From a virus (taxonomy: Duplodnaviria; Caudoviricetes), in the IMG/VR virus record IMGVR_UViG_3300044820_000015, positions 1-32,174 of that record: DNA of 32,174 bases; one strand, given 5' to 3'. Numbering within the stretch: the stretch's first letter is position 1; each line of letters begins with the position of its first letter. A program made the translations under genes and the position numbers. Below the pieces are notes generated by a model that did no database searches, was not told the DNA's origin, and saw only the letters and a list, made by a program, of their open reading frames with translations. Positions 27,032 to 32,174 of the stretch are shown here, piece after piece.

Positions 27032-27657
27032 CGCCACGGCGCGCGGTCTTCGTCAGCGACGCCCATATCGGCGCTCGCGCATCGAAGGCCGCGCGCTTCC
27101 GCGCCTTCCTTGAGGCGAACCCGGCCGACGCGCTCTACATCGTTGGCGACCTATTCGATGGCCTCCACGCGCTCCGCGCGCCCGACTTGGCCGAGACCCT
27201 CCGCGCCCTCGCCCGCGCGCCTCGCGTCGTCTTCATTCCGGGCAATCACGACGAACTGTTTCGGCGTTTCGTTGGCGTGTTCGGACGATTGGAGATTTGC
27301 GCGCGGGCGACCCACGTCGGCGGCGACGGCCGCCGCTACGTCGTCACGCATGGCGACGAGTTTGACGGCTCGCTGCGCGGGCCGCTCCCGTGGCTCGGCT
27401 CATACGCGCGCTACGTCGCCCCACGCGCGGCAACGCGCGCGGCCAACCGCCTCGCCACCGGCGGCCGGCTCGCCGCCAAGCTGTCCGCTCTTGCGCGCTC
27501 GCACGAGGCGGCCGGTGTCATCACCGGCCATTGGCACGACCCGGGCCTGCGGCGACTTCCATGCGGCGCGCTGGCGGGCGACTGCGGCGATTGGCTCACC
27601 CACTGCTCTGCCATCGTCGAGGACTTCGACGGCCAATTTCAACTCCTGCGAGGCTGA
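27028..27657 (+). CDS. Metallophosphoesterase of the LpxH/PlcP (phospholipase C)-like family
   Basis: GTGA-coupled start at 27028; SDAHIG, VGDLFDG, IPGNHDE, THGDEFD, TGHWH, GDWLTHCSAIVE. Confidence 0.88.
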   Translation: MTPRRAVFVSDAHIGARASKAARFRAFLEANPADALYIVGDLFDGLHALRAPDLAETLRALARAPRVVFIPGNHDELFRRFVGVFGRLEICARATHVGGDGRRYVVTHGDEFDGSLRGPLPWLGSYARYVAPRAATRAANRLATGGRLAAKLSALARSHEAAGVITGHWHDPGLRRLPCGALAGDCGDWLTHCSAIVEDFDGQFQLLRG

Positions 27658-27658
27658 C

Positions 27659-28144
27659 ATGGGCTTCTGGAACACCGCGGCCAGCGTCGCGCTCAACGTC
27701 GTACGCGCATGGATGCAGGCCGGAGGAGGAACCCCGGCGCCTGGCGCTCCGGCGCCGGCCGCAACCGTCGCCACCGTCGCCGGGACGGCCATCACCTTCG
27801 GCCAGCTCGTCGCCGCCGCGTCGGCGCTGAAAGGGTCCGATCTCGGCTCCGAATTTCAACGATTGATCCACAATCTCGGCGACGTCGACAACGATCTCGA
27901 CGTGACGATGCACGTCGCCAAGACCCTCGCGCCCTTCGTGCCCGTCGCCGGCGAGATCGCAACCGCCGCGTTCGTGCTCAAGCTTGGGTTCGACGTTGGC
28001 CGGGCGCTCTATATCGCGCATCCGGAGGCCTTCGCGCCGGCGCCGCGCGGCGGCCCGCCGATCACCGAGGCCGATTGGTCGCATGGGGTTCCAAGGCCGC
28101 AGACGGTCGACAACCCAAGCGGGGCCATCGGCGGCGCGTCGTAA
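27659..28144 (+). CDS. Hypothetical protein (161 aa), amphipathic/hydrophobic segments
   Basis: ATG 1 nt after the upstream stop, GAGG upstream; MGFWNTAASVALNVVRAW... Confidence 0.65.
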   Translation: MGFWNTAASVALNVVRAWMQAGGGTPAPGAPAPAATVATVAGTAITFGQLVAAASALKGSDLGSEFQRLIHNLGDVDNDLDVTMHVAKTLAPFVPVAGEIATAAFVLKLGFDVGRALYIAHPEAFAPAPRGGPPITEADWSHGVPRPQTVDNPSGAIGGAS

Positions 28145-28181
28145 GCAAATGTCAGCGTCACGTAACTCAAAAAGGGTAGGC

Positions 28182-28910
28182 ATGTCCGCGCCACAAGAAT
28201 CTCAAGTCAACATCAATCTAGGCGCGCTTGCTGAGAGAGTAGCCGGGACAGAGCGTAACATAAATGCCCTTGGCGAACAATTAGGGCGGCTGCAACAGGA
28301 CACGTCAGCCCAGTTTTCAAACCTCGCATCTTCCGTCTCGGCGCAGATGCACGAGGTTTCCGCCAAGATCGACGCTCAAGCCAACAATTACGCATCATCC
28401 CGAGCGACAAACTGGACGGCGTTTTTCTCAACAGCAGCCGCAGTCGGCGCTTTCATCCTGACCCTCGGCGGCATGGCGATTTGGCCGATTACAACCAATC
28501 TCAACGCGGTTACAATAGACCTCAAGGATATCAGCAAAGCCGCGTTACAAAAAGAGGATTTTCGAGCCTACGCGCAAGAGACGAGCGGATGGATTTCTAA
28601 CCTTCGTGATCGTCTTCGCGCCGATGAAGACGGCTCCGTTTCCCAACGGCAGTTTGCCGAGTTTCGGGAACGTGTAGACGAACGGTCGCATACCGCCTCC
28701 GAGGAGGCCAAGGCCGAACATTCCAGACTTGAGCGGAGGATTGACGAACTCTCGGCCGTCGCCGCCACCAAGGCTGAAGTCTCCGACGACACGCGGCGAA
28801 CGGATGAGAGATTTACGGCGCTTAACGGGTATCTCGGAGAGTTGCGGCATGATTACGCGACCGCCTTCTCAACGGCCTTGAAAGAAAAGCCGAACGCCCC
28901 CGGTCCATGA
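28182..28910 (+). CDS. Membrane protein: coiled coil - TM - coiled coil (242 aa)
   Basis: MSAPQESQ..; TM TAFFSTAAAVGAFILTLGGMAIWPI; last gene of the + strand operon. Confidence 0.75.
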   Translation: MSAPQESQVNINLGALAERVAGTERNINALGEQLGRLQQDTSAQFSNLASSVSAQMHEVSAKIDAQANNYASSRATNWTAFFSTAAAVGAFILTLGGMAIWPITTNLNAVTIDLKDISKAALQKEDFRAYAQETSGWISNLRDRLRADEDGSVSQRQFAEFRERVDERSHTASEEAKAEHSRLERRIDELSAVAATKAEVSDDTRRTDERFTALNGYLGELRHDYATAFSTALKEKPNAPGP

Positions 28911-29100
28911 TATGTGCCGTCTTGTGTGCCGACACATAGGCGGCGTTCTCGCTTTGGGCCGCGCAAAACGGGCGTATTTTTAGCCTGAGGTCATCGGCGA
29001 TAGTCTTTGATTTGATTGGGTTTTCTATGGGAAACGGCGACTTTGGGCTTCGGTTAGTGGCGGTTTTCAAGTTCGGCTTCAAGAAAGTCGCGAAGATTGC

Positions 29101-29886
29101 TCATAGTTTACTCCTAAGCTTCATCGCTTGATCGGCCCAATGCGCCCAATCGACAAGCGCGGCGTCCCAAACCGTAGCGCCATTGTCTGCAACCGGCTCG
29201 GCCGGGTCATTCTCGTGCATCAGTTTGACCAGATAACAGCCGCGCTCAAGGATAACCTCTGCCTCGCTGATCATGTCGGAAAAGGCTGCGCCATTTGATC
29301 GCTCTGTCTCAAGCAATTCGCTCATGGCGTCCCTCTCAGCCCTCAGCGCGTCACGTTCGGCGCGGATTGCGGCAAGCTTCTCGTCGAAGTCTTTGGTTAT
29401 AGCGTCATAACGTAACCCTGATTTGGCGGCGTCCCTCAGCGCATCCCGTTTCCGCAATGCTTTGGCGAGTGCCGGCGAATGGTGCAAGCAAACGTCTCCG
29501 GGCTTATCGTATGAGCATCCGCTCTCCGACATATCTCGGCGCAAATCGATTGAGAAAGCGCGCGCTTCTTCCACGTATCCATCAAGCGCGCGCCGTAGTT
29601 CTGTCGGGTCATCCAGCCAATCATGGTTGGCAATGCGACAAAGCAAATTGAACGCCTCGCGCTGCCTCCTTTCAAAATTGGTCGTCGGAGTGTTGAAGTT
29701 AAGAGATCGTCTGAGCGCGTCCCTCTCCGCTTTGAGAGCGGCGAATTGCTCATCTCGGGCGGCGAGAGCAAAAGCGACTGTTTCAATTGCATGAGCCGGT
29801 GGCTCACCATGTGCGTCATCCCAAATATGGGCGTCCATCAATATCTCACGGGCTTCGGAACGCGTCGTTTTGTTGTCATGGTCCAT
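29101..29886 (-). CDS. Hypothetical early protein (Ea22/Ead-like modular coiled-coil)
   Basis: 261 aa; repeated L(K/R)AERDAL units; GAGG RBS from the upstream gene end. Confidence 0.7.
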   Translation of the reverse strand: MDHDNKTTRSEAREILMDAHIWDDAHGEPPAHAIETVAFALAARDEQFAALKAERDALRRSLNFNTPTTNFERRQREAFNLLCRIANHDWLDDPTELRRALDGYVEEARAFSIDLRRDMSESGCSYDKPGDVCLHHSPALAKALRKRDALRDAAKSGLRYDAITKDFDEKLAAIRAERDALRAERDAMSELLETERSNGAAFSDMISEAEVILERGCYLVKLMHENDPAEPVADNGATVWDAALVDWAHWADQAMKLRSKL

Positions 29887-29888
29887 TG

Positions 29889-30431
29889 TCAGTCCTCACC
29901 CGGCGAAACATAAGGGCGTTTGAAATAGCGGTGGAGCGCCCCATAAAGGGAATTTGCGTTTTCCGCGCTTTGGAAATCTAGCCATGCGCGGGCAACATCT
30001 AAGCATTGCTCTGCCGTTTGGGCGCGTTCAACCAGCGATGTTATTGAGGCTTGCGCAATCGTGTGAGCGGTCCTTGCGTTGGCAAGGTCGGTCGTGATTT
30101 CATCCCGCTCAGCCTTCAGCGCATCGCGTTCGCGGTCGAAGTGCTGGCGGGCGACAGAAGCCGCAACGGTTGCAAAATGCCGCCTTGAGAATTTACCGCG
30201 AAATTCACATTCATACATCGCCGCTTCCATCGCCTCCACGACCCCGGCGTCATCCTTCGCCTCGGGCGCGGGGGCGGAGCGAACAATCTTCAGTCTAACC
30301 GACGCGAGAAACATTTTCAGCGCGCCAACGTCAACACGCAATCCGCCGTCCATTTGCAAGTCGCGCCATGCGGTCTCTATGCCCTCGGCAATCCAGGGGT
30401 CGCCGTCATCGCTGCGTAGGTGGTCGCTCAT
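29889..30431 (-). CDS. Hypothetical early protein with coiled coil
   Basis: 180 aa; ATGA-coupled to the upstream gene; RERDALKAERDE. Confidence 0.7.
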   Translation of the reverse strand: MSDHLRSDDGDPWIAEGIETAWRDLQMDGGLRVDVGALKMFLASVRLKIVRSAPAPEAKDDAGVVEAMEAAMYECEFRGKFSRRHFATVAASVARQHFDRERDALKAERDEITTDLANARTAHTIAQASITSLVERAQTAEQCLDVARAWLDFQSAENANSLYGALHRYFKRPYVSPGED

Positions 30432-30682
30432 GGCACGATCTCCCAGTCCGTCGCGAGCAGATCAGGCGTCGAAGCGTTCCAGCCCGGTTGATGCGTTCCT
30501 TGCGCCGTGAGAAGCACGATCCATGAGTGATACATCCGCCCGTCGCGCTGACGCGGGTTACGCCCCTCGATTGTGCTTTCAAGGTCGTCTTCGAGATAAA
30601 TATGCATTCCTTTGCCGTTCCATCCGGCTCGCCGGACGCGGTGGTTTTGCTTCATGGCCTCTACAGCTTCACCGATGTTCAT
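30428..30682 (-). CDS. DUF2829 family protein, Thoeris anti-defence Tad2-like
   Basis: MNIGEAVEAMK..RVRRAGWNGKGMHI..PGWNASTPDLLATDWEIV matches the family pattern. Confidence 0.85.
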   Translation of the reverse strand: MNIGEAVEAMKQNHRVRRAGWNGKGMHIYLEDDLESTIEGRNPRQRDGRMYHSWIVLLTAQGTHQPGWNASTPDLLATDWEIVP

Positions 30683-30729
30683 ATCTGCATCCCCCAGATC
30701 ATCCGCAGGAACATCATCGCGTGGGTCAT
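30679..30729 (-). CDS. 16-aa micro-ORF (MTHAMMFLRMIWGMQI)
   Basis: ATGA overlaps at both ends; exactly fills the gap between two genes. Confidence 0.4.
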   Translation of the reverse strand: MTHAMMFLRMIWGMQI

Positions 30730-30947
30730 TTGGCTCGCTCCTTGAACTGGTCCCATTTCAACGCGTGCTGACGGCAGAACATGCCGCCTACGCCGTAGCC
30801 GTCTTTTCGACTGCACCGCATCAGATGCAAGCCGCGCCCCGCCCATCCGGCGCATTGCCCCGGCGTCCACAGCTTCGACTCGTGGTCCTCAATGAAGCAC
30901 TCGTAATGCCGAGACTTGATTTCGGCGATTTCGTCGCGATCGCTCAT
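30726..30947 (-). CDS. Small Cys/His protein (73 aa), possible zinc finger
   Basis: ATG at 30947 with GGAGG upstream and ATGA overlap; GQCA..RCSRK.G.G..GMFCRQH. Confidence 0.65.
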   Translation of the reverse strand: MSDRDEIAEIKSRHYECFIEDHESKLWTPGQCAGWAGRGLHLMRCSRKDGYGVGGMFCRQHALKWDQFKERAK

Positions 30948-31276
30948 CTCCGCCCTCCCGTCAGATAGCCAAACCAGATCAGACAGGCCATCGCCGAGAA
31001 CGCCGCGACGTTGCATGTCGTTTCGAGACCCAGCCGGGGCCATTCAACCGGGTTGAGCATCGCCGGGACAGGCCGCGGGCCATCGCCGCCGCGCCAGCTA
31101 TCGCCGCCGTATATCGCTGGCGGCGCTCTGCGATTGTCGCTCAGTTGTGGGCGTGCTGTCGTCCTTGTCACGGCCATCTCCCAGGGTAAGATGAACTCGT
31201 CTGTGGTGGGGTCGGTTGGCGTGTAGTGAATAACTGGGCCGGGCTCTGCGAAAAATCTGCCGTGCAACGTGACCAT
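30944..31276 (-). CDS. Hypothetical protein with C-terminal TM segment
   Basis: Abuts its neighbours; C-terminal VAAFSAMACLIWFGYL. Confidence 0.55.
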   Translation of the reverse strand: MVTLHGRFFAEPGPVIHYTPTDPTTDEFILPWEMAVTRTTARPQLSDNRRAPPAIYGGDSWRGGDGPRPVPAMLNPVEWPRLGLETTCNVAAFSAMACLIWFGYLTGGRR

Positions 31277-31528
31277 TTATGCGACCTTTGAGAGTTGAGC
31301 GGCTATGGCGGGAGCTATGGCGACCGGGCCGGCGCTGACGACGATCAGCCGGTATTTCATCGCCTCGCCTGCAAAATAAGCGGCGTCGGATTGCAGCCGC
31401 AGCGCGGGCGTCTCCATGCCGGTCGCCATGCACCATGCGGCTTCGGCGTGACAGGATGCGGCGAGCTCCGCGTAGCGAACAGCGAACGCAATCGCGTGGG
31501 TGAGTTGAAGCGCGGTTGGATGTTTCAT
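31277..31528 (-). CDS. Hypothetical protein (83 aa)
   Basis: ATGA-coupled to the HNH gene; GGAG upstream. Confidence 0.6.
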   Translation of the reverse strand: MKHPTALQLTHAIAFAVRYAELAASCHAEAAWCMATGMETPALRLQSDAAYFAGEAMKYRLIVVSAGPVAIAPAIAAQLSKVA

Positions 31529-31920
31529 CGAAATCTCCGATAGATTTCAGGCATGCCAACCGCACGCTCACGCGGCGCTGGCTTGTCGGGCTTGGGGCGG
31601 GATGGGATCTCGCCTTTGGGTTTGCCGCCAGCGCCGATGTGAGACTTGGCGCGCTCGGCGACGCGGGCTTTCTCGGCAACGTCAGCGCGGGTCTTTTCCT
31701 TGTGCTTGTCCACTAGGGCCGGGAACAGGTTGCTCTCAACGTTCTTGCCCCCGTTGATGATCGCGATCTTGTGATCCGCCTGCCACTTCTCGCCTGGGGC
31801 GATCTTGCGACCGGACAGGTGGCACTTGCCGCCCTCGCGCTCGAAAATTCTCAGTAAAACACGAGGCGGCGGTCTTGTGTCATCGGTCGCGCCGATCCAT
31901 TCCTTCACGGCGCGGGGCAT
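31525..31920 (-). CDS. HNH endonuclease
   Basis: RIFEREGGKCHLSG..ADHKIAIINGG.N.ESNL...HKEKT; zinc ligands partly degenerate. Confidence 0.85.
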   Translation of the reverse strand: MPRAVKEWIGATDDTRPPPRVLLRIFEREGGKCHLSGRKIAPGEKWQADHKIAIINGGKNVESNLFPALVDKHKEKTRADVAEKARVAERAKSHIGAGGKPKGEIPSRPKPDKPAPRERAVGMPEIYRRFR

Positions 31921-32174
31921 CAGGCGGCCCTCCCCGCATTTTCGCTTAGGGTGGCTGGCGTGACATCAATCAGCCCGGCGACGAACGAAAGCACGTCGGC
32001 TTTTGAGCGCTTGAACTCATCCGCGCCCATCGCCTTGACGCTTTGCGAGGCGGGCGTCCAAACTCGCACCACGCATTCGCGGACCGTGATGACGGCGGTG
32101 TCGTCCATCGGCTTCATGAACGCGGCGAGGCGCGCGGCTTCTGCTTTCGACGCAGCAACGAATGTGCGTTCGTC
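31920..32174 (-). CDS. Phage early protein, 5' truncated (possibly NinB/DUF1367-like)
   Basis: Frame is open to the window edge (DERTFVAASKAEAARLAAFMKP..); SQSVKAMGADEFKRSKADVL; TGATG-coupled to the HNH gene. Confidence 0.6.
   Translation of the reverse strand, partial: DERTFVAASKAEAARLAAFMKPMDDTAVITVRECVVRVWTPASQSVKAMGADEFKRSKADVLSFVAGLIDVTPATLSENAGRAA

Larger units (their letters stand above)
1..32174. mobile_element. Segment of a myovirus-type phage/prophage genome (lambda-like head, Mu-like contractile tail, lysis region, convergent early genes)
   Basis: Continuous, translationally coupled head, tail, baseplate, fibre and lysis genes; no host housekeeping genes; no integrase or phage boundary in the window. 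Confidence 0.95.

Noticed and set aside
27110-27658. N-terminal 183 codons of the 344-aa ORF
   Set aside because: Overlaps the phosphoesterase in another frame; the plausible start is ATG 27659
28822-29082. 86-aa - strand ORF across the convergence zone
   Set aside because: Overlaps the end of the + strand gene, has no clear RBS or motif, and the region looks regulatory
1-32174. tRNA, rRNA, CRISPR array or IS element
   Set aside because: None recognisable by eye; coding density leaves little room, although a covariance search was not run

Overview
The whole window is GC-rich tailed-phage or prophage DNA, probably from an alphaproteobacterial (Rhizobiales-like) host; the host is inferred from gene families and composition. 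On the + strand (1-28910) a late operon runs in this order. First a lambda-like head module: portal, S49 protease with nested scaffold, decoration protein and major capsid E. Then a Mu-like contractile tail: sheath, tube, chaperone with a -1 frameshift, tape measure, split DNA-circularization gene, hub, spike, gp46, baseplate J, gp48-like and fibre. Then extra spike-like proteins and an extended lysis/membrane region. From 29101 to the end, a convergent - strand cluster of early-type genes includes a DUF2829/Tad2-like protein and an HNH nuclease. Two things stand out. (1) The lysis region carries a GT21 lipid glycosyltransferase (Pgt/ceramide-glucosyltransferase-like) and a PlcP/LpxH-like metallophosphoesterase, which together could form a phage-encoded phospholipid-to-glycolipid remodelling pathway. 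(2) Four tail-module proteins, including a clear tailspike-like protein and an SGNH esterase, have Sec-type signal peptides and even numbers of cysteines. This suggests export to the periplasm, disulfide folding and possibly docking onto the virion at lysis. All family calls come from motif recognition and synteny by eye; no searches were run.
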